Below are positions 25,101 to 38,049 of a stretch of DNA of 64,000 nucleotides, one piece after another. Source of the DNA: Klebsormidium nitens (Eukaryota > Plantae > Klebsormidiophyceae); NCBI GenBank assembly GCA_000708835.1, contig DF237413.1, forward strand, positions 1 to 64,000. Direction: 5' to 3'. The notes beneath the pieces were generated by a model. That model had not been told where the DNA came from and ran no database searches. It was given only the letters and a program-made list of their open reading frames with translations. A program made the translations under genes and the position numbers. Within the stretch, counting starts at the first letter, position 1. Each line of letters begins with the position of its first letter.

Positions 25101-27711
25101 AGCTTCTGGTGCTGCCGCTCGCAGTCCTCGAAGAGACGCGAGTACACCGTACGCTGCACAATCCACACGGTGTGTAAAGACTTTGCCTTTACGAATTTGG
25201 CGACTAATAAGTTCTTCGGAGTGTGCTCTGTTGTGGGACGGGGCGTTCAGGGAACATCTTCCAAGTCAGCAAAGGCCTGGATTCACAGACTACTTTCGCA
25301 TATGCAAACAGGTTCGTCCAGATCTGTATGATTGTAAATCAGTGGTGATGCACAACCAACATCATGCGTTTGATTGCTGAACAGGAAATTGTCCGTTGTT
25401 CAGCCGTTATGCCAGCCAAGCAACCTCACGTCGGCCCACATTGGTTTTGTTTGAAATGTGCGCATCTTCTAAAACACCATGCGGGGCCAAGGAAAAAGAA
25501 AGTAGTCACCAAGGAGAATAAAGTGTTAAGGTAGTCACCTCGGACGACTCATAGGACGGCGCGCTTATTGGCCTCGTCGGCTTCTCGGTTCCCTGCGCCC
25601 CCTTCCCCTTGGCCGCGCTCGCTTTCGTGGGGCGCGTGAGCCGGTCGTTTGGCGGCCGCTGAGTGCGCCCAGTTGAACCCACCGACCGCTGGGACACACT
25701 CTCGGTCACGGTCTTGACCTGCTCGGTGACCGTCTGCTCCTCCTTGGTGACTTCCTGATACTCAACGGTAGTCTCTTCGGTTGTTTCCTCGACGTTCTCG
25801 GAGACGCCGCCACGGGCTCTGCAAAAGGAGAGGCGAAAACGATGAAGCAGATTGCGTTACTCATAAAGATGTCTTGCACAACGATCCGGGCAATCTTGGT
25901 TGACGGCTATTCTGGATATTTCCAAACCCCTTCGTATGCCTTCTGTCCGTTCTCGCCTCGTGTTTTTGGAATTGAACCTTTCCACAGTGTATCATTTCCG
26001 TGCAGACTTATAACTTTGGGAGTGGGAAAGCGCTCACTGCCTGTGCTCAATGGCTCAGCTCCATAACGCCCATTCACATCGTAAAGCTTAGACCAGAAAC
26101 TTCACACAGAAAACAGGCACGCTGGGATGCAGCTTATCCTCTCTGCTGATATTAACAAATTAACAACGAGCAGGAAGCTCGGGACTGCTGTGGAAATGCC
26201 GACTGAAGACCTGACGTCAGCACTGTCCTGAACTGTGCACAGTCTGTCCAGGACGTGCTCTGCGCCATCCCATCTTGGACTCGTCCCGCCCGTAAAAGTG
26301 GACCCCAAAGCTTATTATGCAACCCTTCTGATTCCGACACGCAAGATTACGTCAGCAAAAAAAAACCCTCTAGATCACCCACCCCAGCTGCAAAATGTTG
26401 TTGAGGCTTTGCTCCGTCAGCCCCCCGGAGCATTTGTCACCCGTGCCCCCCAAAAAAGTGGACCCCACACCCCACAAAAAACACGAAAGATCCAACACAC
26501 AAGATGACGTGAGAAAGGACGATGCTCATCTGAGCTGCAAAGTGTTGTCGAGTTTATGCTTCGGCAGCAACTCCACCTCGAAGTCGTCGCAGGCAGCCCT
26601 TGTCACAAAAGTGGACCCCAAGAACTTACCAAGAAGATGATAGAACGGAAGACGTAAGATGACGTCAGACGACCCACCTGAGCTGCGCGATGTTGTCGAG
26701 GATATGCTCCGTCAGCGGCTCGATCACGGAGTCCTCCAGCCCGTGTTCCGCACAGAACTGCACCGCCAGCGCGCGCGGCGAGTCGCCCTCGCGCATCTCG
26801 ATGCGGTCCGCGCGCCCCTCCTCGATCTCGACGGTGATCACCAGCTGGATCCGGCGCGCATCCGCGGGAGCCGCGTCTTCCGCATACTCTGTCTCTCCAA
26901 TCTCTGCGTTTTCGCCTTCTTCCTGCTGCAACCCCTCTTCCTGCTGCAGCTCCTCACCCCCTTGAACCTCATCGCCCTCCCATGTTTCTCCGTTTTCCGG
27001 CTCGCCCTCCCCCTCCTGTTCCCCTTCCAGCTCCCCCCCGTCCATGTCCGTTTGTTCCTCTACGAACTCCCCCTCTGCCGCTGTTTCCTCTCCGAATGTC
27101 TCGTCGCCTCCCTCGTATTGCTCCTCGGCAGCCCCGTCCGTTTCGGTGTACACTTGAGTGTCCTCATTGTATTCCTGCTCTTCCTCAAAATACTCTCCCC
27201 CCTCGGCTTGCTCTGCTGTTTCCTCTTGATACTCGTACTGAGAAGAACCAACGGGAGATGCAACAAGGCGTCAGAAAGAGGACGAGCCAGCCTAAGAACG
27301 CTTTCGCCAGAGCATGTTGTCAAGGTTTCCAGTACCCAAATATACAGGTTGATGGCTGGCTGGCTGCCGCCCACGTTTGACACCACGGGCAGTTGACAAG
27401 TGCGAGCGGCAGGGACGCCTCAAATTGGAGGACCAGCAGATCGACCGGTTTCACAGTACTGAACTGTCAAGGAACACCGCGTGTCACGTTCCGTGTCAGA
27501 CTGCAGCCTACCCATCCAAATTGAAAAAAGGAGAAGTGAAATAAACCCCAGTAAGTGAGTCATCTCAAGCACAGTGACAAAGTACGTGACAAAGAGTTTT
27601 ACGTCGTCTCATTCAGAACGCAAAGTGCGGCACAACCCATGCTTTTCAACGTTCCAGGACCTACCTGCTCCTCTTCTGCTGCGGTTTGCTGCTGATCGGA
27701 TTCATATTCAG
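16109..27711 (-). CDS. Large acidic/coiled-coil protein with repeated (EC)TFxP motifs and an EF-hand-like loop; probable cytoskeletal/microtubule-associated protein. Exons 27711-27665, 27237-26678, 25818-25539, 25153-25028, 24526-24354, 23744-23642, 22866-22682, 21830-21611, 21008-20808, 20354-20211, 19726-19587, 18943-18790, 18155-18026, 17105-16837, 16390-16109 (>1000 aa; 5' exon(s) not resolved)
   Basis: All 14 junctions are GT-AG and phase-consistent. Repeated motifs TLKPEIS, AECTFAPALN, DVTFQPNRV, TLFKPQIG, DMTFAYKM and AECTFRPGIN, most preceded by RL(Y/F)-type helices. The EF-hand-like FQQIFKYLDKDK|DGTVDL spans the 20808/20354 junction. Both ends are Glu/Asp-rich. Confidence 0.8.
26290..26760 (-). 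repeat. ~148-bp degenerate tandem repeat containing the 3' end of the 27237-26678 exon and its donor
   Basis: Plus-strand (G/C)AGCTGC...TGTTGT(C/T)GAG..(A/T)TGCT(C/T)CG(T/G)CAGC at ~26385, ~26532 and ~26680 (real). AAAAGTGGACCCCA occurs at ~26296, ~26454 and ~26608. Confidence 0.75.
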
Positions 27712-29980
27712 CTGCAGAGAAACAGATAACAGAGGCTGCCAAACGAGAGCCACAAGAAGGTATCTGCAACCAGTGTATTCCATGGCAACATGCATGTGAG
27801 GAGTTCCCGAGGCAGGTCATAGGAAGCAAAGCCAGCGGACTTTTGGGTGCATTTGATTCCACAGAACATATTAGAGGTCTTCCAATGAATCCATCTTACA
27901 GAAGATTCTTGTGACTACAGAAATCTCAGAACTTAGCCCGTGCCTGCTCAGGTGCACCAAATAATCTGAGACCAACCAAGGAACTTGCTTGTGAGATATC
28001 CTGACATGACCGAGAAAGCACGAAAACCTGTCTACGCCCTCTCAAAGCTGTCAACAAGAATGGCCTGCCAGCGCTACTCCGTCATTGGGTTGCTCGGGCC
28101 CAGTATCACGTAAGAAACCCCTGGTATGGGCGCTGTTTCGAGGTTGGTACTAAGCTTGGCCGTTACAACTAAAGCATTCAGACTCACCTGCCGGATCTGG
28201 AAAGGCCCCGAGGGCTGTGGCCACCATAACGTCTGCCATTTGAGCTGTAAATTCGGAGAAATGACCACTTTATGGCAGGGCAGGTACTATCAGCTTAAGT
28301 GGGTGCATTGGAGAGTTTTTCTTCTTTCTCCGTCACATTTCGACCAACAAAATCCCAATCGCATCCCCAATTATGCATGTCCAGATCCCGACGTTGGAAA
28401 GTTGCGTCCCATATCTCTTTCTTCTACATGGGTTGATGACACTTTACCCCCATGCAGCCGCGCTTTCGACAAAAACGTCTCGGTGTCACTTTTGTCCAAC
28501 CCCAACATGTCAACTGTCATGATTTCAACACAACACATAGTTGGTTCATGTGAGTTTGTGGCCTAACTCAAGCATACTAATAAGTACAGATTGTCACGTT
28601 CGATCTCTTCTCCAGGACGACAGTGTAAATTTCGGACCCGTTTAGTGCCCTAGACGGCCTGGTTGAGAGCACATGATCAAGCACTTCAAGCAGCGATTTG
28701 TAGAGTGCAAGCTGGAGAGATAGATCTCCCTCACCTTTCACTGTTTTGCTGAAGCTAAGTGCACAGTCTGCTCTCGTTTTATCGCTGCAACCTTAGGCCT
28801 CTCCAGGAGCCCGCCGCTTTCCGGCACAGGGCTTCTTATCTTCGCAACTTGCAACCCTCTGGCGACTTAGCAACGCGCTCTGAGAAACCCTTGGTAGCCA
28901 AACCAACCCTCACAGAATATCCATGCTGCTTGTACGATCACCGCGGGCTCCTCCATAGAGCCGCCCGACTATCTTGCATTCTCTCCGCATTCTCTGCCAC
29001 TGCAAGCACTCAAACATCTTCCCAAGAGATTCCTTGCCGACTCAGCATTGCAAAAACTTCCGAGAAAGGCGATCCAAGATCGCGTCAACCCTGCTTAGAC
29101 TAGGTACCTGGTCTTCTCTCAAAAAGCAGGCCAGTCGACATTTACAAAATAAGACGGCGACTTTTCGCCTGATGCTGTGCACAGAATACGAGCATCTTTT
29201 GCCAATCGGTCAGCTGAAGTACAAGTATAACCTCCAAGCAGCGTAGCTAGAGCCTGAGGTTGCCGCAGTCCGAACAGTGGCTGCCTTGTACAAATCCGAT
29301 CCACTGGTACTAAAACCCGCTTTCATGCACTGCTCTTTACTGGCTGGGCCAACCGTTCCGTAACATCGACGGGGTCGTGCGACGTCGAGTCGCGCGCGCA
29401 GAATGTCAAATATCTGATCATTCAACCAATTAATTACGTCAGCCGGGCCTCGGCCCGCGCTGCCCGGCGAACCCGGCCGGCCCACTCGCGGCCGCCGCGG
29501 CGCCGCCCTTGCGCGGCCGCGCAACCAACTGTGCCATTACTGGTACTCGTGACAAATAGGGCTGCATTACCTCGTGAATTTGTCTCCTGGCGCCCTCTTA
29601 GGTACATGAAGCACTAACACCCAGCAAATCAACGAGAAAGCACTGGCTCCAAGTTTCGGTTAAGTCGATCACAGAAAAAGGTGCGCATTTAGTGAGGACA
29701 TTCTGACATTCAATTGCAGCACGCCCTGGCGATATTCGCCAGGGACCAAAGATCAGGAACGCGGATGTAGGATGCCAAAACTGCAAAAGCTCTTGCTAGG
29801 CACGACTTAATAACCGTCGCTGACTCTGAAAGCATACACGAACCGGCGACGAACTTTGAAAGCACGCAAAAATGGACCAGAAAATGTTTGGAAGCTCGAT
29901 TAAAAAGGGTCTCGAACAGATTGTTTTGGACCTTTTGCTATTAATGCCCCGACCTGAGAAGACCGCATCAAGACAACAGA

Positions 29981-32900
29981 TCATGCCGCCTTGACACCGG
30001 GTTCGTCCCTTCCACAACACCTGCAAACGAGAAGAGCCGGGACTTTATGAGAACAAAGAAAGCCCCTCGCCGAATCCAAACATGTCGTTTGTCTGAGCTG
30101 GACGCAGTCAGATACCCTGAAATAACGAACCTGCTTGTGAGCGATCGAAGCAGATTCTGAGGGCAATCAGCCCTGCAATGATGATGGAGATTTTCTCAGG
30201 TTCGACAATGATATGAAGTTATGTCATCCAATTGAACTGACTCCAGGTTCGGGTGTCGGCCTGAAGTACATGATCAAGCCCATTCGTCACCGGTATGTGA
30301 GGGCCCGACCGACCTTATAATTATATGTGTACATCAAGTATTCTTCTGAATTCAGGGTTCAGCACTCCCGTGAATTGCCGGCGGAAAGGATCGACCCTGT
30401 AAGTTGGCCTAAAAACAAGATCAAGCAGAGAACCGCCCTGAATTCCGCAGCCAAAAAAGATCAAGGAAAGACCGGAATTCCCACCGCTTGTATTTCTTCT
30501 TGGAGCCACAGGGACACAGGGCATTCCGTGGAACACGTGCAGCTTTTGGCGCGGGCTGTGCCGACTGAGTGGCGGGTCGGGGCGCGCCGGGACGAGGCAG
30601 CGTGCCCATGTTTTCAGCGGCAAACTTTTGCATCTGCAAGAATGATTAAATCTGCTTTCAAGGTGGTGTTCAATCCCGCTTCTGACGGCGACGTACTTGC
30701 AGCTTGTTGAGCTTTTAATGAGACGATTGCCCCAGAGCTTCAAGACCGTCAGTCTTGGCTGCTTGCACGCACTGAGAGATCCTTAGAGAGATTGTCTACG
30801 TACAAGCTTGTAGTTCAAAGCAGTCTTGAAACGCTGAAAAACTTGGAGCACACAAAAAAAAGAGGCAACGGATGGAGGTCGGAGCAGGAAGAGAACTATT
30901 GCAATGCAGCCTAAGAAGTAAACAAGATGCAGTAAAAGTGGTTGATGTTCTCCAGAAACTTTGAGGATTGCTTCCGATCAATCTGTTGAACCGCAGAGGG
31001 TTTTGACATACAGTCACGAAAATGCTAACCTCTTCGATCGTTTTAGGCATCGGCTTCCCTTCCCGCTTCATCTGCGCGAGCCTGTCGGACGTCTGCCTGG
31101 CTACGTCATACTGCGTCATCATGTCATCCACGTCCTTCGGAGTCAGCCCCACCGACTCCGCAAGAGAAGCTTTCCTTGCTGCATTCAACTGTAAAAGAGG
31201 GGAACGAAGTGGCTTAGCTATCTGTATCCAATACAGAGATGACACTATCAGATATGGAACCGCTTTGTGGACTGTCGAAAGCTGCTCGGTCTTTAGAGAA
31301 GTGTTCTTGGAACCAAGCATCCCTAAAGTAAACCTGTCCTTTTGACAAGCAGAAAGCTCAGAGGAGAAACGTTTGATTGAATTGGATCCAAAATTTTCCT
31401 TGCCCAAGCTTCCTCGTGTCCGGAGGATCCCTTAAAGTACCAATTGTGAATCTTCTGCTGCTCGTCAGATGCAAATCTTCTAATGATCGGCACCTTCACT
31501 TCGTTTCGAAGTAAAATTGCTTCATAGATGGAAACTGCAAGCTGATAAATTGTGGTGGAATCGTCAACGACAAAGGAAAGCACAAATTCTCGAAGTGGAA
31601 TTGGATCAGACAAGTACTCGGTGAAAACAGCGCATCACTTTCGGCAGGACAAACCTACCTAGGTTGCTAAGCTGTGACTAACCTTTTGCAGATCTTGCTT
31701 CTCCTCTGCGCTCATGGCCCCCAGAATCTTCTCTGAATTCTCAAAGAGCCGGAGCATTGCTCGCGCTTCAACTGACTGAGCCCGCCCCATCAGTTGACCA
31801 ACGCCGGCAAAGCGGCGTGCCTGCTTGATCTGGGACTCAAATCCTGTGAACAGGGGAGACAGGTGTGCAACCAACCAATACTAACAAATTCGCAGATGTT
31901 GGCGCTTTCACCACTTCGTTCGTGACAACGATACAGACTATGTGAGGCCGAACGAACTCTCAAATTCACGCAAGAGAAGGGGGCATCATAGAACTTGAAG
32001 GAACCAAGAACAAGGGTGCTGATATTTTTTTGGGGAAAGAGCTTACTCCGTTATAAGTAGTTTTTAACCAATGGTTTCTCCTGAAGATAAGGTCTGATCT
32101 GCTTCACACCAGATGGGGTACACAGTTCAGTAATAAAGAACCTCCTTTTCCTAGAATCAATGCAGAATGTTGCTTTCGTCGAAGGAAGGGAAGACCTCAT
32201 GCTATCACTGTGACATAAGCTGTTCAGATATCAAGTGAAAAAGTCTGGTCGTCAGGCGACTAAGGGAAGGGGAAAAAGGATAGCCGTCTGAGACGCACGG
32301 AGTTTCAAAAGATGGAATAACGAGGTAAGGTTAGGAGCCTTACTTTCCAGCGTGAATGCCTCATCCTGCTTCTCTTCGTTCTTCTTCCCCATACCAAGCA
32401 TCCCCTTCATACGCCCAAACCAGGAGCTTCCAGAAGTCGATGGCGCTGAACTACCATCCGCTGAGTCATCGCTTCGTTCGCTAGACGAAGATTGGGGCGC
32501 TGAGGTGGCGAACGAGTGGTGGTACGGTGGTGCGTGGTGGTATGGAAGTGCGCATGAAGTCGAAGAATCGAATGCACCAGAGAGTTTTGCGACTGGAGAG
32601 GGAGGAAAACCTCTCTCCTTGGAATGCTCCGAGCGGCCATCAAAAACTGATTGACTTCCTTTTGCATTCGGCCAGTTCCTTCTCAAAACTCTAGCTGCTG
32701 AAGTTTGTGGGTGGAGCGCCTCTTCAGCAGAATCCGCTGCTTCAGCTCCACAGGGACCCTGCCTTTCCAAAGAGTACGCCATCATGAGCAAACTGTGAAG
32801 TAGATGCCGAGAGGAAGTCGGTCCTGTAATCATACCACCCTCATCTGTTCCTGCCATCGATCCACCAGCTTCACATGACATCGTCACCAAGCCCCTTTCA

Positions 32901-33016
32901 TCCTGTAATGCTGGCCAGTTCCTGACTCCAGCCACATCAAGCACCCATACCCTGAAGATTGCGGTTCTGCTTGCGCTGCAAATGGAGCTCAGCCGGTGTG
33001 GTGTAATCGAAAGCAT
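29981..33016 (-). CDS. SRP54/Ffh M-domain-like protein with C-terminal SEC-C motif (resembles the plant At3g04950-type family); organelle-targeting-like N-terminus. Exons 33016-32344 (may hide an intron), 31843-31683, 31188-31030, 30633-30485, 30020-29981
   Basis: Phase-consistent junctions give ...FTLER-FESQIKQARR...LGAMSAEEKQDLQK-LNAARKASLAESVGLTPKDVDDMMTQY...KREGKPMPKTIEE-MQKF...RNALCPCGSKKKYKR-CCGRD. CPCGSxKxYKxCC is the SEC-C zinc-binding motif. The family assignment is from my recollection of the plant homologue. Confidence 0.8.
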
Positions 33017-33799
33017 GGCGAAGTCAATTCAGCAGCGCAATCAGGAGCTTTATGCCCGCACTTCCGGACTAAAGCGGTCCTGTGCTTCTTCTACCCTTTT
33101 CGATGCTTCAGGGGATCAAAAAGGCATTGTCATTGATGAGGATGTATGGAATGGAAGAATACAAGACCTGTCACGAATCACCACCATGGCATGTGGCATC
33201 AACTGATGAAGGGCCACCAATCAAACTTGCAGGCCACGAATTGGACAGGTCTATTTCTAGGGTCTCAAATTGGGACTAGGATCTGGTTAACATTTAACCG
33301 TCACAGCGTATGCTGTGCACAATCGCGCCGAGGTTTGTCTCAAAAGCCTCCTTTGCAAACCCACCTCAGTTAGAACAGAACCAGCTTCGAAATGGGGCAA
33401 CTGTCACATGAGGTGCCTGCAGAAACTTTGCGCAGATCTCACATGGGACTTCAGCTTCTCTATCTTGGCGCCTTAATTGGCAACCTTCAGGCTTCATCAA
33501 AGTTGGTGCATAAGGTGCATAGTAAGACGTTTAATAGGGTAGCCCATAAAGTCCCACGGAAGAGCAGACGCATCTGTTGTGCGTCGTCGACAGGAGCTCT
33601 TTGGATGCAAAGCATCTAGCTGATTGCTGAAAGAATGGACAGTAAATACGCAGTCTGGGGGCATCGATTATAATTAGCAGGAGAGGATTGGAAGAGGATT
33701 AAACGAATGCTCATTGCGAAAGCAGTATTCACACGGAACCACCTCGACGAGTAAGTAGTTACACAGGGCAGGGCAATACAAGAACGAAGAGTCGGCACA
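33017..33799. promoter_or_regulatory. Probable bidirectional promoter region between head-to-head SEC-C gene and ZFPL1
   Basis: Divergent start codons at 33016 (-) and 33800 (+) are ~780 bp apart. No specific cis-elements identified. Confidence 0.35.
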
Positions 33800-36700
33800 A
33801 TGGTCGTCTGCAAATGTCGGAAGGTGAGATGATCCTCGAATTGATCTACCGCCGGGTCAGGATGGGGCTGTTGCGCATAGGTTTTCGAATAGATCGTGGA
33901 AGGCTCTGGTTCTACATGGATCATCTTGACTCTTCTGAGGTCGTGTTCTTGCGGCAGCAGCTGGTCAGGGACACTTGATGGCAGTTACAGATAGTCGTAC
34001 AAAGCAGAATGTTCAAATCCATCTGCATTTTGGAATTGCAGAACGTTCTGTGGTTGATAGGAACATAAATATAGGGCTTACTTTAGAACGGGAGCCTGAT
34101 ATGACACTGACGGTTTGGCCTCACTTGGTTCAGCTCTCCCAGTACTTGTTTGCGCAGATGATGCCGCGCAGATGATGCCCTGCTTAGCTACAGAGGTTCA
34201 TCATCTGATATCATTGCGTTCCTTCAATGCTTTGGCATTGCATCCGGAGTCTTCATACCCAGCTTTCGTCTTAGCAAGTACTTGATGCTCTGTGCAGGCG
34301 ACCAAGCTCTACTGCTTTGTACATAAGGTGCCAGTGTGTGGAGAGTGCATCAGTGCTCCTGAGCACGCGCACTGTGTGGTGAGCTTGACCTGGAATTCCT
34401 GCTAAACTTTGTGTTTCAAAGGGCCTTACTTACAGAAGTCGTCGTAGAGGCGGATGCCGAAAGTTGCATTGCTTTATGCTTTGAGTGCAAATGTCCTGAA
34501 GTGAAGCTGAGCGAAGTCCAGAAGGAAGTCGAAAGAATGTGCTTTCAAAGCCCTGTGGGCCTGGGAATTGACTTGCTTGTGAAAGCCCCTTCAGAAGCAA
34601 TAATGCAACCTGCCCACAAGAGTTTGCGGAGCTTGCAGGGGCCAGAAATTCGAGCGAGAGGCAGATTCTGGTACGGGACTGTTTCAGACCGCCCTCATCT
34701 CACCAGCAGGACGTGCTAACGCCGCGATTGCAATGCAGGTCCGCACATACTCCGAATGGGTGATTGACGGTGATTATGACTGGCCGCCAAAGTGTCCAGT
34801 CTGTCAGGAGAACTTGGAGGAGTCCCAGAAAGAGACGGTCCGCCTGGGGTGCCTGCGTAAGTTGTAATGAATGGCGGCAGGCCTCAACTTCCTGAGCTTC
34901 TGAAAGTGCACGATCTTCAGTTGAGATCAAGCATCTTGCGGAAAAGCTCGTCTTTGGTGTCTTAGCGGCGCACTTTTGTTGGTTGCATCCTATACCAAAG
35001 TCCCCCTTGGCATGTCCAAAAACATTCATAGTCCCTCCTTGCCTTCATTCATCTGCTCTACAGAGAGAAAGACGCAGGAGGCGGATTTCGGAGAATATGT
35101 CTAGGACACACAATTTTGAAGCAAATAGTTCTGAAGCGGAGCCTTTCTATCTTGTCACAGACGTGTTGCACGTGGACTGCCTTGAAAAGCACCTTCAAAG
35201 CTTCCCGCCCTACACAGCCCCAGCCGGTTTTGTCTGCCCAACCTGTAGCGTCCCTCTATGGCCCCCTAAGTCCATCAAGGATGCGGGGACCACCCTCTTC
35301 AACAATCTGAAGGGGGCTCTAGCCAAGGTGAGACTGAGCTCAAGTGTTTTGCACCGCATATTTGACCCTTAGCATTATCTGTAGCATCAATAGAGACTGC
35401 TCTGGGGCTGTGACTTTGATCAGCCTCTGGCGGCCCCCTCCTCGCTTGCAAATCCCTGGTAAAAACGACCGGAGACTCTCAGTGGTTGGGTAGTCCTTGA
35501 TTCTCCAGTCCGCCAGCGCAGACCGAGGTTAAACCAAGAGCATCCTGTTGACTCAAAATACAATTGGAAGCAGGCTGGTTATGTAGTGCCTCTATGTCAA
35601 CTGTCTGGTATGCCACCTGCCTGCATCCCTGTCATAATGCGTCGTTTTGGCAAACTCCAATGCAAGTCCTTGTATAGATGTAGTCTCTCAGCAGTTGCAT
35701 TCACTCTCTGACACATCTCCTCTTCTCTCTTTAGAGCTCTGTTGCGAATACTCTGCTGGGCCTCGACAACCCCATTCCCGCAACGTCAGAGACACAGAGT
35801 GCAGTACCCTCAGTCTCCAGCCCCTTGACTCAGGCGTCGCAGTCCAACCCCCCGCCCAAGAATGCACCAAACGGCGCAGCGCACAGCGAGATAGAGTGAG
35901 GATGACCAGCCTCTTTGTAAAATAGAACAGAAGAGGGACATCGATTTAGTGCCATGGTAGCCTGACAAGTTCGAGAGACGGGGTGCTATCACGCTCGCCT
36001 GTGTGTGGTTCTGAAAGCATGCGCTCCAACGCAATTGTCAGTTCGCCGAACGCTGTTGACTGGCCTCAGTCTCTACTGTACTTGCTTGTTGGGTTCTGAA
36101 TGACAGAAGTCGCGGACGGCCCCGGAAGCCCCAGCAGCTGCTACCCCAGCAGCTGCTACATCACAGTTGAGTATCGCTTCCGCTTTTTGGTTGACTTCAG
36201 TCTCTGACTGTCCCGACGTACAAACGAGGGCTTCGGATCACAGGCAGTCTGTGACCCAGCTCTGACCATCAGTCACGCCGTTCCGACTTGCAGAGAACAG
36301 GAGGCCAGCAGCAGCGTGGTGGCCAGCAGTCGGATAGAGGCGATCAAAGAGGCGGCCGCCGAGGCGGAGGCGGCCGCAGGGCCCCCGCAGGCGCGCACGC
36401 CGTATCTGCCGGGGGGGCACCCGCAGTCTTCTCCCAGGGCGCATCAGAAGATCGATATGGTGAGGGGATGGTCGCTTTTGGGGTAGCGTCCCAGATCCTT
36501 GCCTCTGCTTGCAACGGACTAGAAGCGCCAGTCGAGTCCCCTCGAAAGACCCAATGGCGCCTGCAAACTCCCACCAATATCTCGACCGACTTTTAGACAT
36601 GTTCCAAAGCAGCCGTTAGTGCCGTGAGCGCTGGCGTTGGGGATTCAAGTGGGCGTCTGCCTTTGCAAGTGCACCCGGACATCTGCATGGTGTAAACAAT

Positions 36701-38049
36701 CGAGTTGAAGCTTCCGGACGTCTCACTTTCAGCCTCCTCAAGCCTTTTTCAGGACTTGGTCCCACTAGTGTGCTACTATACCAACGCCCACTTCAAGAAG
36801 AAAAACATGTTTGTTATTCTAATCGCCTCTTTACTGCTGTGCTCTGCAGCTGTCCCGGGAGCGGCGGAATTCGATGAAGGTGCATTCCTCGGTGGACGTT
36901 CCAGAAGACTATGACGAGGACGTCGAGCGCAAGTATGCAAGACGAGGTGAGCGATTTCGCTTAAACATCTCAGTGTGCATTGTAAATGTTAGGTAGTCCT
37001 GGTTGCATTGGTCACCATGCTTGTTCCCGTTGTTCTTGTATTGCCGCTTTCCTGTCTCCTCGATCTTTGAGCAGCTCGCCCTGTCCATGAGCAGCACATG
37101 CTCTGTGTAGAGTCTTCATCCGGCGAGACAGCAGGATCCTCTTTGGACGTAAGAAAGTCATACTCCTCTGGATGAGTCACTACGGGGATCCTACAGGACG
37201 AACGTCGTGCAAGACATGTCGGTCAGACGTGTTGCGCTCTCCAAGTCGCTTCCCAAGTAGCGCCATGGTTCTCCAGTTTGGAAACAAGTAGCGCTTCTTA
37301 GAGCCGCAATTCTGACACCTAGCGACAGAACGCTTACATCAATGACGGAGTGAATGTAGCAGTGCTTGTCAGCTGTGATTCTTGCGCCTGGCAAAATCGG
37401 ATTAGTTCTCCGCATCAGCTTTCTCGCATATCAATTTGTCCGCCTCGAATATCACAAATAGTCTTCGGTACTTCTTCAGGTCCGTGGTATCTGCGGACGC
37501 TCCAGCGCGTGCTCCCTTCTAGTTGGACGTCCGCCCAGGTCCTTCCGGTGACCATGCCCGGCAAGGACCACCCGAGGGGCGACTCTGCGGCTGCGGACGA
37601 CCTGATCTCCGGCCAGCGGAGAAGGGCGCTCAAGAAGGGGCTCAAGAGCTTCAAACTGGACATGCGCCGGGGCCTGGTTACATTTGCCGTCCTGTAAGAA
37701 TCATTTATAGCTCTTAGATATTGATTGTCCGATCAATCTGTGGCAGTACTTCTGTGTCTGCCTCGAAGATTCTGGCTGTTGTTGCGAAGATGTGGCGTCT
37801 GCATTTTTCTTATCACTGTTGTACAGGGTACACAAAGTTGACTGCTCCTGAAGGGTTTCACCGCTTCACCGCGTGATGATACGATGTTCTGACATCTTGA
37901 AATTTATGACCTTGTCAAACGCGGTCTACTTGAGTTTCCTAACGTACTTTCTGCAATCTGCATGCAGGTCGTCTCTGGCAACGCTGCTTATCTTGTACAT
38001 GCGTCTGGCTGCCTCTATAGTAACTGAAGGAGACACAGTGATTGGATAA
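33800..38049 (+). CDS. ZFPL1: Zinc finger protein-like 1 homolog (Golgi-associated, C-terminal TM helix). Exons 33800-33823, 34298-34378, 34739-34856, 35161-35327, 35735-35895, 36294-36459, 36850-36946, 37480-37693, 37968-38049 (~369 aa)
   Basis: The N-terminus MVVCKCRK-ATKLYCFVHKVPVCGECI...HAHCV-VRTYSEWVIDGDYDWPPKCPVC...TVRLGCL-HVLHVDCL...HTAP-like YTAPAGFVCPTC is the diagnostic ZFPL1 pattern. It is followed by RKYARRG and a hydrophobic C-terminus GLVTFAVLSSLATLLILYMRL. All phases are consistent; the middle exons are less certain. Confidence 0.9.

Noticed and set aside
26659-27396. 245-aa plus-strand ORF
   Set aside because: Antisense shadow of the Glu-rich exon 27237-26678; the Leu/Phe/Pro-rich composition is what reverse-complemented GAG/GAA codons give.
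36107-36170. Possible extra ZFPL1 exon (KSRTAPEAPAAATPAAATSQ) with a small tandem repeat
   Set aside because: No donor gives a phase-compatible length between the flanking exons (phase 2/2), which join correctly without it.
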